A stretch of 64,000 nt of DNA, taken from positions 78,430,001-78,494,000 of the forward strand of contig OZ024742.1 in assembly GCA_964016885.1 (NCBI GenBank), read 5' to 3'. Position numbers and translations under genes: made by a program. The stretch comes from Eledone cirrhosa (taxonomy: Eukaryota). Positions 24,255 through 36,660 of this stretch are shown here, piece after piece. Within the stretch, counting starts at the first letter, position 1. Each line of letters begins with the position of its first letter. The notes under the pieces were generated by a model. That model searched no databases. It was given only the letters and a program-made list of their open reading frames with translations, and was not told the DNA's origin.

Positions 24255-27026
24255 CTCACTTCTACGGGACTAGATCTGTTTCATTCTTAGAGAGAGAGAA
24301 AGGTGGGTGGAAGAGAGATATGGAGAAAGGAAGATAGATGTAGATGGAAAGATAAAACTTATATGAAGAGGCAGCATGTGCAACAGCAATATATAGAACC
24401 AGGGTGGAGATGATAAAGTACTTGAGAATGGAATAAATGCAAAATGCTTATAATATTTTTTTTTTTTCAATGTCTAAAATAATGCATGAATAAGACAATA
24501 AAAATTATTTTTAAAATATGGCCTAGTGGTATGTCTGAGTAAGATAGCACAAAGATTTAAAATGAGAAAGTTAAAAATATAATTGTACTAATGAGATAAC
24601 TATTCAAATGAAGAATGTTATAAAAGAGAAGAAAAAAGTTTGGTATTAACTAATAAAATTGAATGGTATTCTGTTAAAAAATAGCAAAGAACCTCAATTA
24701 AAATATGGTACTGGTATTGAATACATCAAGTAGTCAGGGTACATTACTTTATTGAAAAGCTTGCTCTTACAAGACTAATTCTATTTCTTTAAGTAACAAA
24801 ATTATCAGAGACGGATATACCAGAGCCAATTCATTTCTTATATAAAGAACTGGCCAGGTTGGGTTTGACTGATGTCAGCATGACTAAACTAACAGTATAA
24901 ATGGAGTGGAATAGAGAGATGTTAGGGAGGGAGCAGAGTTTACATTGGAAAATAATAAACAAATAAAGTGATTGTGGATAGTTCATGCTCCCAGTTTGTT
25001 TTGTGTAGATCCATAGTCAAATGGGTGAGATAAGGTGAGTGTTTCTGGTTCAAGTATCAAAAACTAGAAACTAAGATTTTAATGTACTGTAAAATGATCT
25101 GAGAGAAGGAATTTCTCAATTTATATGGATGAGATTGAATTAGTTGTAAGACATTAAGTATAATATAATTTTGTTTTACCTGTTAGCTTGTCCTGTCATA
25201 ACATTAAAGGGATCCATGCTACCTAAAACAAAAGGATCGGGAGGAGTCTCAGTTGGGCACTCAGTGGAGCGTCCATCATGCATAAAGTGAGGTACAGATA
25301 CCTGGCTTGTCTGGGAGATCAGTGGCTCCAATTCAGTACTAACTTGGTCTATGTAAACCAGTCCAACCTTTACTGCAAGGGAAAGCAGTCATTAAAATTA
25401 TGATGATGCTATATATACATATCAGCCAGGTGGTGCTATTAAGTTAGACGATGATGATGATGATGGCTTGGGCTAATACTGGCCGAAACCTATCAAAGTT
25501 ATATATATATATAGGATAATATTCAAAGAAAAAGCTTAGTATTTCATGCTTTCAATAATGAAAGTGAAGAGCCAACATTTACCCAGAGGAATATTCAGTT
25601 TGGATCTTTGTAGAGAATTTTAATCAAATTTAAATGTGTTTGTGTGATCCATAGATTGGCTGAAGAATGGTATGGGCTAAAGAATGGTATGAACCCTTTC
25701 TATCTACATATTACTTTCTTTTATCTGCAGTATACAGAGAATGTGTTGAGTTAAAAGCAAACAAGGAAAGCAAATAAAATGAGTAAATAAGAATCAGTAA
25801 GATTTGATGTGTGATTAGTTGATTGTTCAAACTGTTTACATGTGACTAATGAGAAGCCATGACAGAATAGATGGATATGGAGATGGATAGACAAAAGCAA
25901 CTAAATTGATTGATTGACTAACTAATATAGAGAGAGATAACAAAGGAGATAAGATATTGAGATACACATGCACACAGACGTGCACACACACACACACACA
26001 CACACAGACGTGTGGCTTTTGTGTGTGTGTGTATGTATGTATAAAATCTCAGAAATACACTCACACACATATATATATAGGCATATATATCACCAGAGAG
26101 AGATCAGTTTAACATGTTTATTCTATTGTGCATGATTCACGAGTAATGAAGCTCAAAATTGTTCTCAATTATTTAACATAATGTAACAGCATGATCCTGC
26201 TCCTGGGGTCATTCATTCATAAAGTTACATAACATTAACTTATTCAGAATGGTTTTGAATCTAATCAGTGGCAAAATGTATGTAACAGAATAAAACTATA
26301 TTAAACTGATCACTCTCTACCTCTTCTGGTTTTTATATTCAGCAATAGTCCTTGCTACCTGCTGGCAGTCATCTCCTGTTCCTATATTACAGAAAAATGA
26401 GCAGCCATCTCTTGGGTTCACACTACTTCACTTCAAAATAAAATTTTTCCATTGACTGCTGGATGTGGTTTATGCCTAGATTATCTGCCACCAAATAAGT
26501 CATTTTTTTCTTCATTTCTTTCTTTTTCAATTTGGAATGAGTTAGTAATATAACTGACTTTCTTATTATTAAGTTATTAGTTAACAAATGTTATTACATA
26601 GAATTAGGGTAGAAAATTTTTTGAGACGTATAAACATTTTCAGTCAAACAGATTTGTTTTGTAGTTCCAGGCAGTGTGGTATCAAACAGGTTATGAGGTA
26701 TGATCATATAGTTTAATACTCTATCATTAAAACTGTTTGCTTCAACCAAGTTATTCAGTCAGACATAATTATGAAACTAGTGTATCTCCCTCACATAGAA
26801 TTCTATCTTCTACAATAGTAGGTGGTGGCTTCTATGAAGATGCTCAATCCATTAGAAATAGTAGCCAAATCTTCCTCAAATCTTATACTACACCCATAAA
26901 AAGGTAAAGGCACATAAGATGAGATTTAGTCTTAGATAAGAAAAAAGGAATAGAAGGCAGGTCAGTCATGGCTGGAAAGTATCTGATTATAGATCAGCTT
27001 GAGCAAACACATTTAAATACAGATAT

Positions 27027-27375
27027 GGAGGCTTAGTGGCTTAGTGGTTAGAGCATTGGCCTTGCAATCGAAAGGTTGTGAGTTCAATTCTCAGACCGGG
27101 TGATGTGTTGTTTCCTTGAGCAAGACACTTTATTTCACATTGCTCCAGTTTACTCAGCTGTAGAAATGAGATGATAGGGACTGAGGTCCATATCATTCCA
27201 CTGCAAAGTGGTCGTGGAGGTGCCATGGCAAAAAAGCACCCATCACTCACGGTAAATGAGGTTGGTGTTAGGAAGGGTATCCAGCTGTAGAAATCAAGCC
27301 AGAATCAGTTCCCATCCCACCCTTGCAAGCAGAGAAGAGTGGACGTAAAATGAAATGATGATGATGATGATGATG
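27027..27375 (+). mobile_element. SINE family 2: tRNA head, CORE-like body and RTE-derived tail
   Basis: gtggcttagtggttagagc...gagttcaattc head; gtttccttgagcaagacacttt...ctcagctgtagaaatgag body. The tail matches the RTE family B 3' UTR (about 42005-42160) and ends in (gat)n. Confidence 0.85.
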
Positions 27376-28916
27376 AACACACATACACATACGTACATAC
27401 ACCTGCATGAATGGACATGTAGCTACAAACTGCATATATATTCACACACATATGAGCAAGAAAATATTTGCATACATGCATACATGCATACGCAAATGAG
27501 CTCTCAATGCAACAATATCATCACCGTCTCCAGCAGCAGCAACATCAACACAATCATCACCACCATTGGTACTGTTATTGTATTTGTGATTGTTTTTATT
27601 ATTATTATTATTATTATTATTTATGACAGGGAGATTGCAGCATATTATTTGCAAAGCTGCAATTACTAGAACAGAATGACATCAGTATACATGGTTGACA
27701 GATATACATCAAAAAGGTAAATACCAACACCACACAGCCACACAGCGCAGCACACACTGACTCTCCCATACTCCTACCTATACCATTTTATCTTCAACAC
27801 TGATTTATGTTAGGAATGAATGAATGTTATGTGTGTGTGGGGGGGGGGGGTGATGGGGAAGAGTCCAATTCGTTATTTCCCTTTCATCTTTTTTTTTTTT
27901 TCATTTTGTAATTTATATATAATTGCTGGGGAGAGTTTGCTATATATATATCATCCTACACTACACACCAACACTGGCTGTGATAAATACAGTTAGTGGC
28001 TTGACCTGGTGCCATCAAAGATTGTCTATTCATCAACCTCATCATCATCACTCTTATTGATTTCAGGAAGTTAAATGAAGCTGGTGTGGGGAATTTCCAC
28101 AGTGATGAAACTAGTGGATTGCTGTCAGTGATATGAACAAAAATGGCTTCTGTGATATTCATATATTTCTCATAGAAGTATTTAGCAATATGTAGTCACA
28201 GCAAGGCAAAATAATTAAAGTTACGAATTTCATTTTGCAGCCATGAGGCTCTAGATTCAATCCCATTGGGTGGTTTCTTGGGCATCTTACAATAGACTAA
28301 AGTCGACCTATGCCTTATGAATTAAATTGAGTAGACGGAAATATTGGAACTGTAAATCAAAGAGCCAGACTTGTCACATAATGTGCTTTGCTGAATCTCC
28401 CTGAGAATTATGTTAAGGTTACATGTATCTGTCAAATGCTTAGCCACTTACAGGCTAATTTCATATGCAAACACTGCCACTGATCAAACAATTCACTGTC
28501 ACAAACTGCTGGAGCTTCATTCCTATGCCCATTATCATTCCTATGGATTTCAGGAAAATGAAAGATGTTAGTTGGGAGGAGGTCCAATGTGATGTAGCCA
28601 ATGAAATTTTGACATGGAAAAACAATAGCTGCTGTGCTATTCATATCTTTCTCAAAGAAATATTTAGCAATATGTGTGAAGAGAAAGAATTTAAACAGAT
28701 AATTGCAGACAGAGGCTTTCTTCAAAGGATCCCTTGATCTCTGTGAACAATTTGAATGTGTCTTTGCACATATAGACTTGCATATTTGATGAGATATCAA
28801 GGAAGAGTTGGGCCCTGATCATTATGATTATACACTGAGCTGATCGATATCGAAACAATTGTAATATGCCAATAAAGTTTATATATATATATGCTGCAAC
28901 AGTGACTTCGATCCTA

Positions 28917-28918
<2 letters not shown>

Positions 28919-28993
<75 letters not shown>

Positions 28994-29269
28994 ATATACG
29001 TACATATATATATGTATACATACATATAACATATATATATGTATGTATATATACGTACATATATATATGTATACATACATATAACATATATATATATAAA
29101 TATATATATATATAGATATATACGCGTACATATATATATGTATACATATATATATGTATACATATATATACGTACATATATATATGTATATATATATATA
29201 TATACGTACATATATATATGTATATATATATATATACGTACATATATATATGTATATATATATATATAC

Positions 29270-29337
<68 letters not shown>

Positions 29338-29375
29338 GTACATATATATATAGAGAGAGTGAGAGAGAGAGAGAG
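28919..29375. repeat. Compound (TA)n microsatellite
   Basis: Direct reading. Confidence 0.95.
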
Positions 29376-29557
29376 ACGTGTATATGTGCAAAATATGTGT
29401 ATGAATGGATATGTGCTTGTGCAAATGTGTGACAGGAAGTGAGGAGCTTTTTTATTACATAAATTCAGGAATTTGTTGGATATTTCAGCTCAAAGATGTA
29501 TGCAACAGGTCAATCATTGGTTCACTGCATAATTTCTATATATATGTGTCTGTGTGG

Positions 29558-29590
<33 letters not shown>

Positions 29591-29620
29591 TATATGTATA
29601 TGTGTGTGTGATTGTACATG

Positions 29621-29665
<45 letters not shown>

Positions 29666-30206
29666 AGCTCCTTCCCCAACAGCACCAACAGGTAATAATT
29701 TCACAAAAATGTACTACATATGATACTTTGATACTTTTATGATGTAGTAAAGAACTGAAAAACTGGTGTTTAATGATGCATTTCACACCTGGTGCAGTCA
29801 CTGCAAAATTTCAACATCTAATTAAATGTCTTTTATCTGCTACTAGTGAAATATAGATCATTGTTCTAAAGATCAAATAATATTTAATGCTCTTTCAGTC
29901 TATAAAAGAAATTATCCTATATGCTAAAAGGTTGCATCTATCATGACAGTATCAGATAGTATCATTACTTTTCTAGTTGATTTAGGTTTGTTTTTTTGGT
30001 AGTGGGAGAGTTCCAATTATTAAAGTTATGGTCAAGGTTCACATATGTCTGTGTGTGTGTAAATATATAGCTTTAGCTGTGAACACTCCCTTCCTCTATC
30101 CTATAAAACAAACTCATTAATATTAGACAATAATGTCATCTTAGAAAGATATATGTAACATTCATGCTTAGATACATATACACATGCACACACACACATA
30201 TATATA

Positions 30207-30248
<42 letters not shown>

Positions 30249-30294
30249 TATGTATATATATATGTGTATACATATATATATATATAAACACATG

Positions 30295-30350
<56 letters not shown>

Positions 30351-30422
30351 TATATATACACACACTCACATATATGTATATGTGTATATATATACACGCA
30401 CACATATATATGTATATGTGTA

Positions 30423-30473
<51 letters not shown>

Positions 30474-30474
30474 G

Positions 30475-31415
30475 TGGAAAAGTAAGAAATAGGAGAACAG
30501 ACCGTTAATACATGTTTATTTAAAACAGCACCTTCATAAGTTTCGCCCTGATGGGCTTCTCAAGGGCATAAATAACTAAAAGTGTTCCTTACATGGCCCG
30601 GAAAGTGTTTTGGGAGGTAAGTTCATGTCAGAGTTCATTCTTCGCAAAAAAAGGTGTTTTGATTTTGCAGTAGGTCAAGGGAGGTAACTCTGGCCGGTGT
30701 TAGGGCAGTCTTTCCCGGACAATTTTTTTATCCGTTACAAGATGTGGTTACAACCTTACCATTGTCGATACGCACAGGGTCAGGTAAGCAACGTTTGTTT
30801 TGAGACGTTTGTTTTTTCTGCACCTGCCCTCCTGGGTCATTTGAAGCTGGGTCTGGGATGCATGGTTAGTTTCCGGATGTTTTTTACAGTGCCTGCCTGC
30901 CAGGGTGTTAAAGCTTATGCAGGGAGACCCGGTATACGGTTTCACTCCTCATCCTTATCCCATCTGAAGAAGGATATTTTTAAGCAATGTGTACAGCTTA
31001 TCGTCGTTTCAGCTCTGCTGTTGATGAGCTCGTGGGGTGCCGTTATGATATGGTAGAGCTCCATGAGACAAAGATCGCCTTCCTCTTGAAGTTGTACGGT
31101 GCAGCCCTGCCGACAATATCCCAGTGTGTGGAGAAGCTGATGTTTAAGTCTTTTAATGATGTGATGTAGTCCGCAAGCGAAATGGAGTGTCTTAATTTCT
31201 TATTTGTGAAAGAGTGGAGATGTGTTCGAAATCTAATTTTGAATGGGCCAGAGGTAGCCCCTATATAATGTTTAACGCTATTGTGGATAGTTACAGTGCA
31301 CCTATATATAACCCTATCAGTCAAGCAGTATCCCCTAAGGGGTAGCAATGCCTGTTGTGGCAGTTCCAATTTCTGTCGCGGTCCCTTCTAATTCCCACGG
31401 TAAGGCTATTATTAT
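30475..31415 (-). mobile_element. PLE B, 3' fragment (decayed GIY-YIG plus 3' UTR with a degenerate HHR-like motif at ~30528-30567)
   Basis: PLRGYCLTDRVIYRCTV...YIGATSGPFKIRFRTHLHSF; minus strand ttgagaa gcccatcagggc gaaa. Confidence 0.85.
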
Positions 31416-32190
31416 CAGCAGCGTGTCCCACAGTAGTCTTCCATTTCGTTTAGTGTTGTTATGGAAGTACCAGCAAGGATCTTCACTGCCCTCCTTACTC
31501 AGATGTGCATTGAAGTCCCCCAAAACAAGCAGGATGTTGTGTGCTTGTGTGGTGTTGACAGCTCTATACACCTCCTCATGGAACTCATCCGCACTCAGAT
31601 CACTGTCTCCCTCGGTTGGAATATAGGCTGTGATGACTGTGAGTCTTGGGTTTCCATTGAAGGTCACCATCAACACACGCGAGGAGACTGGCATTATTTC
31701 CCTCACCAATAGACTGGTTTTTGTGCTGAAAACAAAACCCACTCCTACCACTGCAGCATTGGTGATGTTCCTCACTGCCGATGTGGTGATGAGCTGGCTC
31801 ATCTTCCCAATCATAACACTGCTCACGGGCTCATCGTGTAGGATCCTGTGTTCTTGGATTGCAAGTATCTGTATACTATTCTCCTCGAACAAATGTCCCA
31901 ACTCTTCTCCAGCGTCCGAATAGTCTTCACATTCAAAGTGCCCATTTTGATAGCTCTTCTGCAGGACAAAACTGCATTCTTTATATTTGCTCAGAAACAG
32001 CTGGTCCATCATCCACTGGCCCTCCCTCTGGCTCTAAACCAGCAGAGTCATAATGACCAGACTGCTCCTTGACAGTGTAATTAGGGGCTCTAACCCTAGT
32101 GCTGTTAGATAGACTCTCCATATTTCTTTTCAATGACTGACAAAACCTTACCGGCGCCACTCGAATAAGATAGTTATTTAACCCCAATAT
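31415..32190 (-). pseudogene. AP-endonuclease (EEP) fragment of a different non-LTR LINE, probably RTE group
   Basis: ILAIQEHR, GVGF, SRVLMV, TVITAYIPT, VLGDFNAHL, RNGRLL. Confidence 0.85.
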
Positions 32191-32245
32191 ATATACACAT
32201 ATATACACATATACATATATATGTGTGTGTATATATATATATATG

Positions 32246-32278
<33 letters not shown>

Positions 32279-32750
32279 GTGTGTATTTATGTATCTATGT
32301 ATATGTGTATATATATATGTATATATATATGTATGTGTATATATATATATATCATCATCATCATCATCATCAACGTTTAACGTCCGTGTTCCACGCTTGC
32401 ATGGGTTTGGACGGGAGTAGTCCCACTTGAGGCAAGAGTGATTGTCTTGCTCGCATAGGACTGTCTGGCAGGTTTTCTACAGTTGGATGCCCTTCCTAAC
32501 ACCAACCACATTTACAGTGTGGGTCTGGGAGGTTTTTACCGTGTTGCCTACACGGCCACATTACAGCGTGGACTGTGTGTTTTTTTGTCGTGACACCTAC
32601 ACGATCTCATTTGTTTCGGCCTGGATGGCGTGGCACCAACATAACTTTACATAGAATGGTGTGGTGTGGATGGGGTGGGGTGGGGGTGGTGGGACGGGGT
32701 GTATTTTGTTAGAGATGCCTACTGGCTGGAGTAGGTTTTACTATATATTT

Positions 32751-34616
32751 TTAGGTAAGGCGGGTCTTCTCTGTTACTGAGTACCGCCAAAGGTCTCGGT
32801 CCAGTGACATTGTCTTGGAGAGGTGTAAGTGTGTGATGTCGGAGTTTATCAGCTCGTCCCAGGTTTTTCTAGGTCTGCCTATTCCGTGACTACCGTCTAT
32901 CTTTATTGCCCTGCACTTTGTTATACAGCTATCGTCTTTCATGCGCATCACGTGTCCGTACCAACGTAGCCTTCTCTCGAGTAAACAACATCTGATCCCT
33001 CTTATCTCTAATTTTTTCCTTAGTTCGTTTATGCTTTGCCGTTCACGTATATTACTGTTACACATCCAGCGGAGCATGCAAGCTTCGTTCCTCTCTAGTC
33101 TGCGTATATCCTCTGCACACAATGCCCAGGTCTCACTGCCATGCAACATTGCTGTTCGTATGCAGGCATCGTACAACCTGCCTTTCATTTTTAGGGAGAA
33201 CCCTTTAGCAGCTAATAGTGGTATAAGCTCTCTGAACTTTTTCCAACCAGTTCTGACTCTAGCTACAGTACTTTCAGAGCACCCTCCCCCACTGCTGATT
33301 TTATCGCCCAGGTAACTGAAGCTGTCCACTATTTCTATAGAACCCTCTGCGCAATTGAAAGAGCTAGTATTTTGTGGGCACTTGCTGCTACTTATTGCAC
33401 CAGAACACCGGCCACATGTAAAATCTATGTTTTTAGTTAGCTTACCTGTGATCCCACTACATCTTTTATGCACCCATACTTTGCATTTAGGACATAAAAT
33501 GGAGTTTCTACCTACGCCTTTCCTACACACCGAGCACGACCATTTCCCAGAAGGGACCGCCGCCTTGTTTTCTTTCCTACAAACTAGAACTTTGGTCTTA
33601 GCCAGGTTAATTTTAAGTCCTTTTGACTCTAGGCCGTGCTTCCATGTTTGGAATTTCTTCTCTAGTTCGGCCATTGATTCAGCTATGAGCGTTAGATCAT
33701 CTGCGTATAGGAGTTCCCATGGGCAGCCTGTCTTGAACTCCTCTGTTATAGCCTGAAGGGCAATAATAAATAGTAGGGGGCTGAGAACAGAGCCCTGATG
33801 GACGCCAACTTTTACGCTAAACTCTTCACTATATTCGTTGTTAATTCTAACCTTGCTGACTGTTTCTTTATACATGGCTTGTATAGCCCTCACAAGCCAT
33901 TCGTCAACGCCTAGTTTTCTAAGAGCCCACCAGATAATGGAGCGGGGGACTCTGTCGAAGGCTTTCTCCAAGTCGACAAAAGCTAAGTAGAGGGGTTTAC
34001 CTTTAGCTAGGAACTTCTCCTGTAGTTGTCGTACTATGAAAAGAGCGTCTGTGGTACTTTTGCCTGACACAAACCCGAACTGCATTTCATCTAGGTCAAT
34101 TCTCTCTCTGATTAGTTGCGCTATTACTTTTTCCGTGACCTTTATGACCTGGTCGATTAATTTAATGCCTCTATAGTTACTCCTATCTAGGGCGTCTCCT
34201 TTACCCTTATAACAGTTAACGATGATGCTGCTATGCCAGTCCTTCGGAACAACCCCATTCTGTACGACTTGGTTAACTATGCGAGTGACCATGGTGTGTC
34301 CCACCGTGCCAGATGCCTTCAGCATCTCAGCAACTATTTCCGAAGGCCCAGCCGCCTTACCCGTCTTCATATCCTTGATTGCCTTACTTATTATACTCCC
34401 CTCGACTAACACTGCTGGTCCCTCTATTGGGTCGATATGGGGGAGACTGTCTTTCTCCCATTTATTCTCCTCATTTAGTAGCCTTTCATAGTGACACTTC
34501 CAAGCTACCTTCTTATCAGTGTCGGTGATGGCAAGTATGCCATCATCGTTAAGTACACACTTTTCCCCGACAATATCACGGTTTTCCTTGACACATTGCC
34601 TAGCAATCCTGAACAC
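32751..34616 (-). CDS. RTE reverse transcriptase half with inserted Cys/His (PHD-like) finger
   Basis: NYRGIKL, QFGF, FVDLEKAFDRV, GVHQGSVLSPLLF, LLYADD, CSVC-x11-CPKC-x3-VHKRC-x13-CGRC, RRLRWYGHVMR, GRPRKTW. Confidence 0.93.
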   Translation of the reverse strand: MFRIARQCVKENRDIVGEKCVLNDDGILAITDTDKKVAWKCHYERLLNEENKWEKDSLPHIDPIEGPAVLVEGSIISKAIKDMKTGKAAGPSEIVAEMLKASGTVGHTMVTRIVNQVVQNGVVPKDWHSSIIVNCYKGKGDALDRSNYRGIKLIDQVIKVTEKVIAQLIRERIDLDEMQFGFVSGKSTTDALFIVRQLQEKFLAKGKPLYLAFVDLEKAFDRVPRSIIWWALRKLGVDEWLVRAIQAMYKETVSKVRINNEYSEEFSVKVGVHQGSVLSPLLFIIALQAITEEFKTGCPWELLYADDLTLIAESMAELEKKFQTWKHGLESKGLKINLAKTKVLVCRKENKAAVPSGKWSCSVCRKGVGRNSILCPKCKVWVHKRCSGITGKLTKNIDFTCGRCSGAISSSKCPQNTSSFNCAEGSIEIVDSFSYLGDKISSGGGCSESTVARVRTGWKKFRELIPLLAAKGFSLKMKGRLYDACIRTAMLHGSETWALCAEDIRRLERNEACMLRWMCNSNIRERQSINELRKKLEIRGIRCCLLERRLRWYGHVMRMKDDSCITKCRAIKIDGSHGIGRPRKTWDELINSDITHLHLSKTMSLDRDLWRYSVTEKTRLT

Positions 34617-34649
34617 CTCACGTTTTTGGTCATCGCGTTGTAGAACATG

Positions 34650-35893
34650 CTTGCTAAGTACACTTCTCTCCTAGCTTCCCTCCTGGCCACTTGATAGTCT
34701 ACTCTACTTCCCCCATCCCGCCATACTTTCCAAGCCTGCTTTTTGGTCTTAATTGACCCCTCAACCTTACTGTTCCACCACCATGTTACTCTCCTCCTGC
34801 CTACAGGCCTGCTCCAGCCACAGACTTCGTCTGTCGCCAACAGCAGGTTTGCTTTCAGAAATTCCCACTGTCCCTCTATATTGTCCGACTCTAAATGTTC
34901 TTCCTTACTGTCGAAAGCATCAAGTAATATGTTTTGAAATTTATTTTTGGCTGTGGGGTCCTTTAGCTTCCATATTTTTCTCCTGAGGATAGTCCTCTTC
35001 TGCTGTCGAGTACGTCTCGTCCTGACTATGAGGTCGCTAATTATCAGTCTATGTTGGGAGGTGCATTCTTCATGGGGGAGGGATTTAGTGTTTACAACAG
35101 ACACTCTGTCACGTCTTCTGGTAAGGATATAATCTACCTGGCTTGTGTGTTCCCCGGATCTATAGGTGATCAGGTGATTGTCACGTTTTTTGAAGTTAGT
35201 GTTACAGATAGTTAGGTTATTTGCATCACAGAATTCCAGGATTCTGGAGCCTTCCTCATTTCTAGTACCAAACCCATAGCCTCCATGGATTTCGTCGTAG
35301 CCGTCACAATGTTGTCCAACGTGACCATTTAGGTCGCCTGCAATAATTATATAGTCACTGTCAGATATTTGGGAGGTAGTGAGCATCAGTGTCTCATAGA
35401 ATCTGTCTTTTATAGTGCCGGGCAGTCCGGATTGGGGTGCGTACGCAGATATTACTGTCACCGTAGTTCTATTGAGGACAAGTCGTATTTTAATTATTCT
35501 GTCGTTCACTCTATTTACGTCTATTATCTTATCTGCCCACTTTTCTGCTACCATGATTCCTACTCCACCCAGCCCATCGTCGTTTCCCACCCAGAAAAGC
35601 TTATAACATCGTTTTTTACCCTCAATGAATCTAGCAGACCCACCGCTCCACCTGGTCTCTTGAATACAACAAACATCGACCTCCTTACGTTCAAGCATTT
35701 CTACAACCTCGTTAGCGCGACCCTTTAGGGTGCCTACATTTATGGTACCAACTCTGAAGTTTTGGATTGCGTTTGGAGGGTGGGGGTGGTGGGGGGCGGG
35801 GGGAGATGGGGTTATGTTAGCCATCCGCGGGCGAAACAAAGAGGAGTGCTCGCATTCTCGTCCACGAGGTGAATTTGACTTTAACTTTGGCAT
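34650..35893 (-). CDS. RTE AP-endonuclease half, frameshifted from RT at ~34650; start codon 35893 or 35824
   Basis: VGTINVGTL, CIQETRW, GGVGI, ISAYAPQ, AGDLNGHVG, QVDYIL, SQHRL, TWWWN. Confidence 0.9.
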
Positions 35894-36151
35894 TTTCGCT
35901 CTGAGCGTCCAGATTTTTCTCTCCCTTCCACTCTCCAGGATTCCGCAGTCCGTCCATCCATCCATCCATCCATCATATATCGAAGGCAACCGTGCAAGCG
36001 ATAGTATAGGCCTCCGGCTTATGATTGGTCCGCGTAATAATAATAATGGTGATGCATATATATATATATATACACATCTATATGTATATGTGTATATATA
36101 GATATATGTATACATATATATATGAGTGTGTGTATATATATATATATATAT

Positions 36152-36334
36152 AACGAAGGAAAAGTGGTAAGGAACCAGGTGGACCATAACGCACCAAAGT
36201 ACTCAATACTTGAGGTAGTAGAGTGGGTAATAGGAACCAGTAAGACCCCGACAGCTGAGCTCAAGCCGTTTCGACGGCTAATTCGAATTAGCCGTCGAAA
36301 CGGCTTGAGCTCAGCTGTCGGGGTCTTACTGGTT

Positions 36335-36339
<5 letters not shown>
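36152..36339 (-). mobile_element. Fold-back mini-element: perfect 110-bp palindrome (36230-36339) plus tail; contains the 3' half of a hammerhead
   Basis: Centre ...ggctaattc|gaattagcc...; gtc GAAA cggc ttgagctca gctg TC ggggtc; TA tracts on both sides. Confidence 0.88.
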
Positions 36340-36397
<58 letters not shown>

Positions 36398-36660
36398 TTC
36401 AGTGTGTGAGAAGGCATATGGCTTAGTTTTTAGGGTGTATGACATATGTTATTTCATAATATTCCAGACCAATCTCACAGCAAAATGGGCCAGTCTTGTC
36501 ACCAAAATATCTCTGAATACTAAGTTAATGGTGCACATGTCTGTGGAATTTTCAGCCACTTACACGTTCATTTCTGGAGTATGCAATTCTGATGACTGAA
36601 TCAACAGGAAAACTTGTCATCGTAAACGAGAGAGATCCAATAACAACACACACATATATA

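Larger units (their letters stand above)
32352..36035 (-). mobile_element. Near full-length RTE-clade LINE (family A), ~3.7 kb, (tga)n tail, flanked by TA tracts
   Basis: Single APE-RT reading frame broken once at ~34650; ~400-bp 3' UTR; short 5' UTR. Confidence 0.95.

Noticed and set aside
24720-25330. Possible very old PLE tail with HHR-like ctgataa...gaaa
   Set aside because: Too degenerate; no convincing stems or peptide motifs.
35810-35960. HDV-like ribozyme in the RTE 5' UTR (cacctcgtgg...ggctaac)
   Set aside because: I could not assign consistent P1 and P2 helices by eye; it needs an RNArobo or Infernal search.
32941-36101. Plus-strand ORFs overlapping the RTE (and similar antisense ORFs over the PLEs and gypsy)
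   Set aside because: Antisense shadows of transposon coding sequence.
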